Under the pieces are notes generated by a model. The model did no database searches, had not been told where the DNA came from, and saw nothing but the letters and a program-made list of their open reading frames with translations. From Auanema rhodensis (lineage: Eukaryota; Animalia; Nematoda): a DNA stretch of 64,000 nt. The stretch spans positions 22,754,001 through 22,818,000 of the forward strand of contig OZ059897.1 in the NCBI GenBank assembly GCA_964057225.1, written 5' to 3'. Positions 1 through 12,496 of this stretch are shown here, piece after piece (the stretch's first letter is position 1; each line of letters opens with the position of its first letter). Made by a program: the position numbers and the translations under genes.

Positions 1-2
1 CT

Positions 3-12
3 TTCACGTGAA
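3..12. other. Perfect 10-bp palindrome TTCACGTGAA containing a CACGTG E-box/G-box (present in most monomers)
   Basis: Seen directly; protein binding not demonstrated. Confidence 0.85.
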
Positions 13-85
13 GCGAGTTACATACCAAGTGCACATCACGTGTACATTTAATTAGCATAAATTAAAGTTCACGTAAATTTCAAAG

Positions 86-100
86 TCATGGTTACCATGA
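86..100. other. 7-1-7 dyad TCATGGT-T-ACCATGA (6-1-6 in C100 monomers)
   Basis: The reverse complement of TCATGGT is ACCATGA; present in essentially every monomer. Confidence 0.85.
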
Positions 101-2112
101 ACCAATATCAATAAAAATTTGTTTTTAGACTAATATGGACATGGGGAATCTAATTTTGGAAACCGCATCTCTTTATCTTTCACGTGAAGCGAGTTACATA
201 CCAAGTGCACATCACGTGTACATTTAATTAGCATAAATTAAAGTTCACGTAAATTTCAAAGTCATGGTTACCATGAAGCAATATCAATAAAAATTTGTTT
301 TTAGACTAATATGGACATGGGGAATCTAATTTTGAAAACCGCATCTCTTTATCTTTCACGTGAAGCGAGTTACATACCAAGTGCACATCACGTGTACATT
401 TAATTAGCATAAATTAAAGTTCACGTAAATTTCAAAGTCATGGTTACCATGAACCAATATCAATAAAAATTTGTTTTTAGACTAATATGGACATGGGGAA
501 TCTAATTTTGAAAACCGCATCTCTTTATCTTTCACGTGAAGCGAGTTACATACCAAGTGCACATCACGTGTACATTTAATTAGCATAAATTAAAGTTCAC
601 GTAAATTTCAAAGTCATGGTTACCATGAACCAATAACAATAAAAATTTGTTTTTAGACTAATATGGACATGGGGAATCTAATTTTGAAAACCGCATCTCT
701 TTATCTTTCACGTGACGCGAGTTACATACCAAGTGCACATCACGTGTACATTTAATTAGCATAAATTAAAGTTCACGTAAATTTCAAAGTCATGGTTACC
801 ATGAAGCAATATCAATAAAAATTTGTTTTTAGACTAATATGGACATGGGGAATCTAATTTTGAAAACCGCATCTCTTTATCTTTCACGTGAAGCGAGTTA
901 CATACCAAGTGCACATCACGTGTACATTTAATTAGCATAAATTAAAGTTCACGTAAATTTCAAAGTCATGGTTACCATGAACCAATATCAATAAAAATTT
1001 GTTTTTAGACTAATATGGACATGGGGAATCTAATTTTGAAAACCGCATCTCTTTATCTTTCACGTGAAGCGAGTTACATACCAAGTGCACATCACGTGTA
1101 CATTTAATTAGCATGAATTAAAGTTCACGTAAATTTCAAAGTCATGGTTACCATGAACCAATAACAATAAAAATTTGTTTTTAGACTAATATGGACATGG
1201 GGAATCTAATTTTGAAAACCGCATCTCTTTATCTTTCACGTGAAGCGAGTTACATACCAAGTGCACATCACGTGTACATTTAATTAGCATAAATTAAAGT
1301 TCACGTAAATTTCAAAGTCATGGTTACCATGAACCAATATCAATAAAAATTTGTTTTTAGACTAATATGGACATGGGGAATCTAATTTTGAAAACCGCAT
1401 CTCTTTATCTTTCACGTGAAGCGAGTTACATACCAAGTGCACATCACGTGTACATTTAATTAGCATAAATTAAAGTTCACGTAAATTTCAAAGTCATGGT
1501 TACCATGCACCAATATCAATAAAAATTTGTTTTTAGACTAATATGGACATGGGGAATCTAATTTTGAAAACCGCATCTCTTTATCTTTCACGTGAAGCGA
1601 GTTACATACCAAGTGCACATCACGTGTACATTTAATTAGCATAAATTAAAGTTCACGTAAATTTCAAAGTCATGGTTACCATGCTCCAATATCAATAAAA
1701 ATTTGTTTTTAGACTAATATGGACATGGGGAATCTAATTTTGAAAACCGCATCTCTTTATCTTTCACGTGAAGCGAGTTACATACCAAGTGCACATCACG
1801 TGTACATTTAATTAGCATAAATTAAAGTTCACGTAAATTTCAAAGTCATGGTTACCATGCACCAATATCAATAAAAATTTGTTTTTAGACTAATATGGAC
1901 ATGGGGAATCTAATTTTGAAAACCGCATCTCTTTATCTTTCACGTGAAGCGAGTTACATACCAAGTGCATATCACGTGTACATTTAATTAGCATAAATTA
2001 AAGTTCACGTAAATTTCAAAGTCATGGTTACCATGAACCAATATCAATAAAAATTTGTTTTTAGACTAATATGGACATGGGGAATCTAATTTTGAAAACC
2101 GCATCTCTTTAT

Positions 2113-3872
2113 CTTTCACGTGAAGCGAGTTACATACCAAGTGCACATCACGTGTACATTTAATTAGCATAAATTAAAGTTCACGTAAATTTCAAAGTCA
2201 TGGTTACCATGCACCAATATCAATAAAAATTTGTTTTTAAACTAATATGGACATGGGGAATCTAATTTTGAAAACCGCATCTCTTTATCTTTCACGTGAA
2301 GCGAGTTACATACCAAGTGCACATCACGTGTACATTTAATTAGCATAAATTAAAGTTCACGTAAATTTCAAAGTCATGGTTACCATGCACCAATATCAAT
2401 AAAAATTTGTTTTTAGACTAATATGGACATGGGGAATCTAATTTTGAAAACCGCATCTCTTTATCTTTCACGTGAAGCGAGTTACATACCAAGTGCACAT
2501 CACGTGTACATTTAATTAGCATAAATTAAAGTTCACGTAAATTTCAAAGTCATGGTTACCATGCACCAATATCAATAAAAATTTGTTTTTAAACTAATAT
2601 GGACATGGGGAATCTAATTTTGAAAACCGCATCTCTTTATCTTTCACGTGAAGCGAGTTACATACCAAGTGCACATCACGTGTACATTTAATTAGCATAA
2701 ATTAAAGTTCACGTAAATTTCAAAGTCATGGTTACCATGAACCAATATCAATAAAAATTTGTTTTTAGACTAATATGGACATGGGGAATCTAATTTTGAA
2801 AACCGTATCTCTTTATCTTTCACGTGAAGCGAGTTACATACCAAGTGCACATCACGTGTACATTTAATTAGCATAAATTAAAGTTCACGTAAATTTCAAA
2901 GTCATGGTTACCATGCACCAATATCAATAAAAATTTGTTTTTAAACTAATATGGACATGGGGAATCTAATTTTGAAAACCGCATCTCTTTATCTTTCACG
3001 TGAAGCGAGTTACATACCAAGTGCACATCACGTGTACATTTAATTAGCATAAATTAAAGTTCACGTAAATTTCAAAGTCATGGTTACCATGCACCAATAT
3101 CAATAAAAATTTGTTTTTAAACTAATATGGACATGGGGAATCTAATTTTGAAAACCGCATCTCTTTATCTTTCACGTGAAGCGAGTTACATACCAAGTGC
3201 ACATCACGTGTACATTTAATTAGCATAAATTAAAGTTCACGTAAATTTCAAAGTCATGGTTACCATGCACCAATATCAATAAAAATTTGTTTTTAGACTA
3301 ATATGGACATGGGGAATCTAATTTTGAAAACCGCATCTCTTTATCTTTCACGTGAAGCGAGTTACATACCAAGTGCACATCACGTGTACATTTAATTAGC
3401 ATAAATTAAAGTTCACGTAAATTTCAAAGTCATGGTTACCATGCACCAATATCAATAAAAATTTGTTTTTAAACTAATATGGACATGGGGAATCTAATTT
3501 TGAAAACCGCATCTCTTTATCTTTCACGTGAAGCGAGTTACATACCAAGTGCACATCACGTGTACATTTAATTAGCATAAATTAAAGTTCACGTAAATTT
3601 CAAAGTCATGGTTACCATGAACCAATATCAATAAAAATTTGTTTTTAGACTAATATGGACATGGGGAATCTAATTTTGAAAACCGTATCTCTTTATCTTT
3701 CACGTGAAGCGAGTTACATACCAAGTGCACATCACGTGTACATTTAATTAGCATAAATTAAAGTTCACGTAAATTTCAAAGTCATGGTTACCATGCACCA
3801 ATATCAATAAAAATTTGTTTTTAAACTAATATGGACATGGGGAATCTAATTTTGAAAACCGCATCTCTTTAT
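2113..3872 (+). repeat. 5-monomer HOR (880 bp) x2
   Basis: Variant string (C100+A128, C100, C100+A128, A100+C166T, C100+A128) repeats exactly; C166T at 2806 and 3686. Confidence 0.85.
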
Positions 3873-6800
3873 CTTTCACGTGAAGCGAGTTACATACCAA
3901 GTGCACATCACGTGTACATTTAATTAGCATAAATTAAAGTTCACGTAAATTTCAAAGTCATGGTTACCATGCACCAATATCAATAAAAATTTGTTTTTAG
4001 ACTAATATGGACATGGGGAATCTAATTTTGAAAACCGCATCTCTTTATCTTTCACGTGAAGCGAGTTACATACCAAGTGCACATCACGTGTACATTTAAT
4101 TAGCATAAATTAAAGTTCACGTAAATTTCAAAGTCATGGTTACCATGAAGCAATATCAATAAAAATTTGTTTTTAGACTAATATGGACATGGGGAATCTA
4201 ATGTTGAAAACCGCATCTCTTTATCTTTCACGTGAAGCGAGTTACATACCAAGTGCACATCACGTGTACATTTAATTAGCATAAATTAAAGTTCACGTAA
4301 ATTTCAAAGTCATGGTTACCATGCACCAATATCAATAAAAATTTGTTTTTAGACTAATATGGACATGGGGAATCTAATTTTGAAAACCGTATCTCTTTAT
4401 CTTTCACGTGAAGCGAGTTACATACCAAGTGCACATCACGTGTACATTTAATTAGCATAAATTAAAGTTCACGTAAATTTCAAAGTCATGGTTACCATGA
4501 ACCAATATCAATAAAAATTTGTTTTTAGACTAATATGGACATGGGGAATCTAATTTTGAAAACCGCATCTCTTTATCTTTCACGTGAAGCGAGTTACATA
4601 CCAAGTGCACATCACGTTTACATTTAATTAGCATAAATTAAAGTTCACGTAAATTTCAAAGTCATGGTTACCATGAACCAATATCAATAAAAATTTGGTT
4701 TTAGACTAATATGGACATGGGGAATCTAATTTTGAAAACCGCATCTCTTTATCTTTCACGTGAAGCGAGTTACCTACCAAGTGCACATCACGTCTACATT
4801 TAATTAGCATAAATTAAAGTTCACGTAAATTTCAAAGTCATGGTTACCATGAACCAATATCAATAAAAATTTGTTTTTAGACTAATATGGACATGGGGAA
4901 TCTAATTTTGAAAACCGCATCTCTTTATCTTTCACGTGAAGCGAGTTACATACCAAGTGCACATCACGTGTACATTTAATTAGCATAAATTAAAGTTCAC
5001 GTAAATTTCAAAGTCATGGTTACCATGAACCAATATCAATAAAAATTTGTTTTTAGACTAATATGGACATGGGGAATCTAATTTTGAAAACCGCATCTCT
5101 TTATCTTTCACGTGAAGCGAGTTACATACCAAATGCACATCACGTGTACATTTAATTAGCATAAATTAAAGTTCACGTAAATTTCAAAGTCATGGTTACC
5201 ATGCACCAATATCAATAAAAATTTGTTTTTAGACTAATATGGACATGGGGAATCTAATTTTGAAAACCGCATCTCTTTATCTTTCACGTGAAGCGAGTTA
5301 CATACCAAGTGCACATCACGTGTACATTTAATTAGCATAAATTAAAGTTCACGTAAATTTCAAAGTCATGGTTACCATGCACCAATATCAATAAAAATTT
5401 GTTTTTAGACTAATATGGACATGGGGAATCTAATTTTGAAAACCGCATCTCTTTATCTTTCACGTGAAGCGAGTTACATACCAAGTGCACATCACGTGTA
5501 CATTTAATTAGCATAAATTAAAGTTCACGTAAATTTCAAAGTCATGGTTACCATGCACCAATATCAATAAAAATTTGTTTTTAGACTAATATGGACATGG
5601 GGAATCTAATTTTGAAAACCGCATCTCTTTATCTTTCACGTGAAGCGAGTTACATACCAAGTGCACATCACGTGTACATTTAATTAGCATAAATTAAAGT
5701 TCACGTAAATTTCAAAGTCATGGTTACCATGAACCAATATCAATAAAAATTTGTTTTTAGACTAATATGGACATGGGGAATCTAATTTTGAAAACCGCAT
5801 CTCTTTATCTTTCACGTGAAGCGAGTTACATACCAAGTGCACATCACGTGTACATTTAATTAGCATAAATTAAAGTTCACGTAAATTTCAAAGTCATGGT
5901 TACCATGCACCAATATCAATAAAAATTTGTTTTTAAACTAATATGGACATGGGGAATCTAATTTTGAAAACCGCATCTCTTTATCTTTCACGTGAAGCGA
6001 GTTACATACCAAGTGCACATCACGTGTACATTTAATTAGCATAAATTAAAGTTCACGTAAATTTCAAAGTCATGGTTACCATGCACCAATATCAATAAAA
6101 ATTTGTTTTTAGACTAATATGGACATGGGGAATCTAATTTTGAAAACCGCATCTCTTTATCTTTCACGTGAAGCGAGTTACATACCAAGTGCACATCACG
6201 TGTACATTTAATTAGCATAAATTAAAGTTCACGTAAATTTTAAAGTCATGGTTACCATGCACCAATATCAATAAAAATTTGTTTTTAAACTAATATGGAC
6301 ATGGGGAATCTAATTTTGAAAACCGCATCTCTTTATCTTTCACGTGAAGCGAGTTACATACCAAGTGCACATCACGTGTACATTTAATTAGCATAAATTA
6401 AAGTTCACGTAAATTTCAAAGTCATGGTTACCATGCACCAATATCAATAAAAATTTGTTTTTAAACTAATATGGACATGGGGAATCTAATTTTGAAAACC
6501 GCATCTCTTTATCTTTCACGTGAAGCGAGTTACATACCAAGTGCACATCACGTGTACATTTAATTAGCATAAATTAAAGTTCACGTAAATTTCAAAGTCA
6601 TGGTTACCATGCACCAATATCAATAAAAATTTGTTTTTAGACTAATATGGACATGGGGAATCTAATTTTGAAAACCGCATCTCTTTATCTTTCACGTAAA
6701 GCGAGTTACATACCAAGTGCACATCACGTGTACATTTAATTAGCATAAATTAAAGTTCACGTAAATTTCAAAGTCATGGTTACCATGCACCAATATCAAT

Positions 6801-8096
6801 AAAAATTTGTTTTTAAACTAATATGGACATGGGGAATCTAATTTTGAAAACCGCATCTCTTTATCTTTCACGTGAAGCGAGTTACATACCAAGTGCACAT
6901 CACGTGTACATTTAATTAGCATAAATTAAAGTTCACGTAAATTTCAAAGTCATGGTTACCATGAACCAATATCAATAAAAATTTGTTTTTAGACTAATAT
7001 GGACATGGGGAATCTAATTTTGAAAACCGTATCTCTTTATCTTTCACGTGAAGCGAGTTACATACCAAGTGCACATCACGTGTACATTTAATTAGCATAA
7101 ATTAAAGTTCACGTAAATTTCAAAGTCATGGTTACCATGCACCAATATCAATAAAAATTTGTTTTTAGACTAATATGGACATGGGGAATCTAATTTTGAA
7201 AACCGCATCTCTTTATCTTTCACGTGAAGCGAGTTACATACCAAGTGCACATCACGTGTACATTTAATTAGCATAAATTAAAGTTCACGTAAATTTCAAA
7301 GTCATGGTTACCATGAACCAATATCAATAAAAATTTGTTTTTAGACTAATATGGACATGGGGAATCTAATTTTGAAAACCGCATCTCTTTATCTTTCACG
7401 TGAAGCGAGTTACATACCAAGTGCACATCACGTGTACATTTAATTAGCATAAATTAAAGTTCACGTAAATTTCAAAGTCATGGTTACCATGCACCAATAT
7501 CAATAAAAATTTGTTTTTAAACTAATATGGACATGGGGAATCTAATTTTGAAGACCGCATCTCTTTATCTTTCACGTGAAGCGAGTTACATACCAAGTGC
7601 ACATCACGTGTACATTTAATTAGCATAAATTAAAGTTCACGTAAATTTCAAAGTCATGGTTACCATGCACCAATATCAATAAAAATTTGTTTTTAAACTA
7701 ATATGGACATGGGGAATCTAATTTTGAAAACCGCATCTCTTTATCTTTCACGTGAAGCGAGTTACATACCAAGTGCACATCACGTGTACATTTAATTAGC
7801 ATAAATTAAAGTTCACGTAAATTTCAAAGTCATGGTTACCATGAACCAATATCAATAAAAATTTGTTTTTAGACTAATATGGACATGGGGAATCTAATTT
7901 TGAAAACCGTATCTCTTTATCTTTCACGTGAAGCGAGTTACATACCAAGTGCACATCACGTGTACATTTAATTAGCATAAATTAAAGTTCACGTAAATTT
8001 CAAAGTCATGGTTACCATGCACCAATATCAATAAAAATTTGTTTTTAAACTAATATGGACATGGGGAATCTAATTTTGAAAACCGCATCTCTTTAT

Positions 8097-9152
8097 CTTT
8101 CACGTGAAGCGAGTTACATACCAAGTGCACATCACGTGTACATTTAATTAGCATAAATTAAAGTTCACGTAAATTTCAAAGTCATGGTTACCATGCACCA
8201 ATATCAATAAAAATTTGTTTTTAGACTAATATGGACATGAGGAATCTAATTTTGAAAACCGCATCTCTTTATCTTTCACGTGAAGCGAGTTACATACCAA
8301 GTGCACATCACGTGTACATTTAATTAGCATAAATTAAAGTTCACGTAAATTTCAAAGTCATGGTTACCATGAAGCAATATCAATAAAAATTTGTTTTTAG
8401 ACTAATATGGACATGGGGAATCTAATGTTGAAAACCGCATCTCTTTATCTTTCACGTGAAGCGAGTTACATACCAAGTGCACATCACGTGTACATTTAAT
8501 TAGCATAAATTAAAGTTCACGTAAATTTCAAAGTCATGGTTACCATGCACCAATATCAATAAAAATTTGTTTTTAGACTAATATGGACATGGGGAATCTA
8601 ATTTTGAAAACCGTATCTCTTTATCTTTCACGTGAAGCGAGTTACATACCAAGTGCACATCACGTGTACATTTAATTAGCATAAATTAAAGTTCACGTAA
8701 ATTTCAAAGTCATGGTTACCATGCACCAATATCAATAAAAATTTGTTTTTAGACTAATATGGACATGGGGAATCTAATTTTGAAAACCGCATCTCTTTAT
8801 CTTTCACGTGAAGCGAGTTACATACCAAGTGCACATCACGTGTACATTTAATTAGCATAAATTAAAGTTCACGTAAATTTCAAAGTCATGGTTACCATGA
8901 AGCAATATCAATAAAAATTTGTTTTTAGACTAATATGGACATGGGGAATCTAATGTTGAAAACCGCATCTCTTTATCTTTCACGTGAAGCGAGTTACATA
9001 CCAAGTGCACATCACGTGTACATTTAATTAGCATAAATTAAAGTTCACGTAAATTTCAAAGTCATGGTTACCATGCACCAATATCAATAAAAATTTGTTT
9101 TTAGACTAATATGGACATGGGGAATCTAATTTTGAAAACCGTATCTCTTTAT
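8097..9152 (+). repeat. 3-monomer HOR (528 bp) x2
   Basis: (C100; C102G+T155G; C100+C166T) repeated; C166T at 8614 and 9142. Confidence 0.85.
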
Positions 9153-11792
9153 CTTTCACGTGAAGCGAGTTACATACCAAGTGCACATCACGTGTACATT
9201 TAATTAGCATAAATTAAAGTTCACGTAAATTTCAAAGTCATGGTTACCATGAACCAATATCAATAAAAATTTGTTTTTAGACTAATATGGACATGGGGAA
9301 TCTAATTTTGAAAACCGCATCTCTTTATCTTTCACGTGAAGCGAGTTACATACCAAGTGCACATCACGTTTACATTTAATTAGCATAAATTAAAGTTCAC
9401 GTAAATTTCAAAGTCATGGTTACCATGAACCAATATCAATAAAAATTTGGTTTTAGACTAATATGGACATGGGGAATCTAATTTTGAAAACCGCATCTCT
9501 TTATCTTTCACGTGAAGCGAGTTACCTACCAAGTGCACATCACGTGTACATTTAATTAGCATAAATTAAAGTTCACGTAAATTTCAAAGTCATGGTTACC
9601 ATGAACCAATATCAATAAAAATTTGTTTTTAGACTAATATGGACATGGGGAATCTAATTTTGAAAACCGCATCTCTTTATCTTTCACGTGAAGCGAGTTA
9701 CATACCAAGTGCACATCACGTGTACATTTAATTAGCATAAATTAAAGTTCACGTAAATTTCAAAGTCATGGTTACCATGAACCAATATCAATAAAAATTT
9801 GTTTTTAGACTAATATGGACATGGGGAATCTAATTTTGAAAACCGCATCTCTTTATCTTTCACGTGAAGCGAGTTACATACCAAGTGCACATCACGTGTA
9901 CATTTAATTAGCATAAATTAAAGTTCACGTAAATTTCAAAGTCATGGTTACCATGAACCAATATCAATAAAAATTTGTTTTTAGACTAATATGGACATGG
10001 GGAATCTAATTTTGAAAACCGCATCTCTTTATCTTTCACGTGAAGCGAGTTACATACCAAGTGCACATCACGTGTACATTTAATTAGCATAAATTAAAGT
10101 TCACGTAAATTTCAAAGTCATGGTTACCATGCACCAATATCAATAAAAATTTGTTTTTAGACTAATATGGACATGGGGAATCTAATTTTGAAAACCGCAT
10201 CTCTTCATCTTTCACGTGAAGCGAGTTACATACCAAGTGCACATCACGTGTACATTTAATTAGCATAAATTAAAGTTCACGTAAATTTCAAAGTCATGGT
10301 TACCATGCACCAATATCAATAAAAATTTGTTTTTAGACTAATATGGACATGGGGAATCTAATTTTGAAAACCGCATCTCTTTATCTTTCACGTGAAGCGA
10401 GTTACATACCAAGTGCACATCACGTTTACATTTAATTAGCATAAATTAAAGTTCACGTAAATTTCAAAGTCATGGTTACCATGAACCAATATCAATAAAA
10501 ATTTGTTTTTAGACTAATATGGACATGGGGAATCTAATTTTGAAAACCGTATCTCTTTATCTTTCACGTGAAGCGAGTTACATACCAAGTGCACATCACG
10601 TGTACATTTAATTAGCATAAATTAAAGTTCACGTAAATTTCAAAGTCATGGTTACCATGAACCAATATCAATAAAAATTTGTTTTTAGACTAATATGGAC
10701 ATGGGGAATCTAATTTTGAAAACCGCATCTCTTTATCTTTCACGTGAAGCGAGTTACATACCAAGTGCACATCACGTTTACATTTAATTAGCATAAATTA
10801 AAGTTCACGTAAATTTCAAAGTCATGGTTACCATGAACCAATATCAATAAAAATTTGGTTTTAGACTAATATGGACATGGGGAATCTAATTTTGAAAACC
10901 GCATCTCTTTATCTTTCACGTGAAGCGAGTTACCTACCAAGTGCACATCACGTGTACATTTAATTAGCATAAATTAAAGTTCACGTAAATTTCAAAGTCA
11001 TGGTTACCATGAACCAATATCAATAAAAATTTGTTTTTAGACTAATATGGACATGGGGAATCTAATTTTGAAAACCGCATCTCTTTATCTTTCACGTGAA
11101 GCGAGTTACATACCAAGTGCACATCACGTGTACATTTAATTAGCATAAATTAAAGTTCACGTAAATTTCAAAGTCATGGTTACCATGAACCAATATCAAT
11201 AAAAATTTGTTTTTAGACTAATATGGACATGGGGAATCTAATTTTGAAAACCGCATCTCTTTATCTTTCACGTGAAGCGAGTTACATACCAAGTGCACAT
11301 CACGTGTACATTTAATTAGCATAAATTAAAGTTCACGTAAATTTCAAAGTCATGGTTACCATGAACCAATATCAATAAAAATTTGTTTTTAGACTAATAT
11401 GGACATGGGGAATCTAATTTTGAAAACCGCATCTCTTTATCTTTCACGTGAAGCGAGTTACATACCAAGTGCACATCACGTGTACATTTAATTAGCATAA
11501 ATTAAAGTTCACGTAAATTTCAAATTCATGGTTACCATGCACCAATATCAATAAAAATTTGTTTTTAGACTAATATGGACATGGGGAATCTAATTTTGAA
11601 AACCGCATCTCTTCATCTTTCACGTGAAGCGAGTTACATACCAAGTGCACATCACGTGTACATTTAATTAGCATAAATTAAAGTTCACGTAAATTTCAAA
11701 GTCATGGTTACCATGCACCAATATCAATAAAAATTTGTTTTTAGACTAATATGGACATGGGGAATCTAATTTTGAAAACCGCATCTCTTTAT
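9153..11792 (+). repeat. 8-monomer HOR (1408 bp), ~2 copies
   Basis: G42T+T122G, A22C and T174C monomers at 9329/9505/10033 recur at 10737/10913/11441. Confidence 0.85.
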
Positions 11793-12496
11793 CTTTCACG
11801 TGAAGCGAGTTACATACCAAGTGCACATCACGTGTACATTTAATTAGCATAAATTAAAGTTCACGTAAATTTCAAAGTCATGGTTACCATGAACCAATAT
11901 CAATAAAAATTTGTGTTTAGACTGATATGGACATGGGGAATCTAATTTTGAAAACCGCATCTCTTCATCTTTCACGTGAAGCGAGTTACATACCAAGTGC
12001 ACATCACGTGTACATTTAATTAGCATAAATTAAAGTTCACGTAAATTTCAAAGTCATGGTTACCATGCACCAATATCAATAAAAATTTGTTTTTAGACTA
12101 ATATGGACATGGGGAATCTAATTTTGAAAACCGCATCTCTTTATCTTTCACGTGAAGCGAGTTACATACCAAGTGCACATCACGTGTACATTTAATTAGC
12201 ATAAATTAAAGTTCACGTAAATTTCAAAGTCATGGTTACCATGCACCAATATCGATAAAAATTTGTTTTTAGACTAATATGGACATGGGGAATCTAATTT
12301 TGAAAACCGCATCTCTTTATCTTTCACGTGAAGCGAGTTACATACCAAGTGCACATCACGTGTACATTTAATTAGCATAAATTAAAGTTCACGTAAATTT
12401 CAAAGTCATGGTTACCATGCACCAATATCAATAAAAATTTGTTTTTAGACTAATATGGACATGGGGAATCTAATTTTGAAAACCGCATCTCTTTAT

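Larger units (their letters stand above)
1..176 (+). repeat. Representative monomer. Consensus CTTTCACGTGAAGCGAGTTACATACCAAGTGCACATCACGTGTACATTTAATTAGCATAAATTAAAGTTCACGTAAATTTCAAAGTCATGGTTACCATG[A/C]ACCAATATCAATAAAAATTTGTTTTTA[G/A]ACTAATATGGACATGGGGAATCTAATTTTGAAAACCGCATCTCTTTAT
   Basis: Read directly from the sequence; this first copy carries A159G. 56/176 G+C, 5 CpG. Sites per monomer: PmlI CACGTG x2, ApaLI GTGCAC (29-34), BsrGI TGTACA (41-46), BstEII GGTTACC (90-96). Confidence 0.97.
2113..9856 (+). repeat. Older, partly rearranged 24-monomer (4224 bp) duplication
   Basis: C166T at 2806/3686/4390 recurs at 7030/7910/8614 (all +4224). The C102G+T155G monomer at 4049 recurs at 8273. The offset becomes 27 monomers after a later 3-mer duplication. 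Confidence 0.75.

Noticed and set aside
100-136. Intra-monomer conversion (C103T and G128A both yield AACTAATAT; G10A yields TTCACGTAAA as at 68-77)
   Set aside because: Each is a single common C>T or G>A transition, so ordinary mutation is sufficient.
143-146. G-quadruplex or telomeric motif
   Set aside because: Only one GGGG run per 176 bp and no tandem telomere-type repeats.
45-159. Spliced-leader or snRNA gene array (TTTAATTA as in nematode SL1, GT at 67-68, Sm-like AATTTTGA at 152-159)
   Set aside because: Only ~13/22 identity to SL1 in low-complexity AT sequence. The Sm-like site is too far downstream and has no evident 3' stem-loop. An Rfam/Infernal search or small-RNA data would settle it.
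35-165. Budding-yeast-like point centromere (ATCACGTG = CDEI, 77 bp AT-rich, then TGTTTTT like the start of CDEIII)
   Set aside because: The spacer is only ~77% AT (CDEII is >90%), the essential CDEIII CCG core is missing at the expected place, and point centromeres are not tandemly arrayed.
1-176. tRNA-, 5S rRNA- or SINE-derived repeat
   Set aside because: No cloverleaf, convincing Pol III A/B boxes or 5S similarity could be seen.
1-176. Assignment to known ~176-bp satellites (Brassica CentBr, honeybee AluI repeat, Arabidopsis CEN178, alpha satellite)
   Set aside because: Only the length is similar. The monomer lacks AAGCTT and AGCT sites and does not match those sequences as I recall them; a database search is required.
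11844-12026. 60-aa minus-strand ORF from the ORF track
   Set aside because: It is satellite sequence. Consensus monomers give a 34-codon frame (MLIKC...PCPY*), and the private SNP A132G at 11924 changes TAG to CAG and extends it. There is no recognisable domain or gene context.
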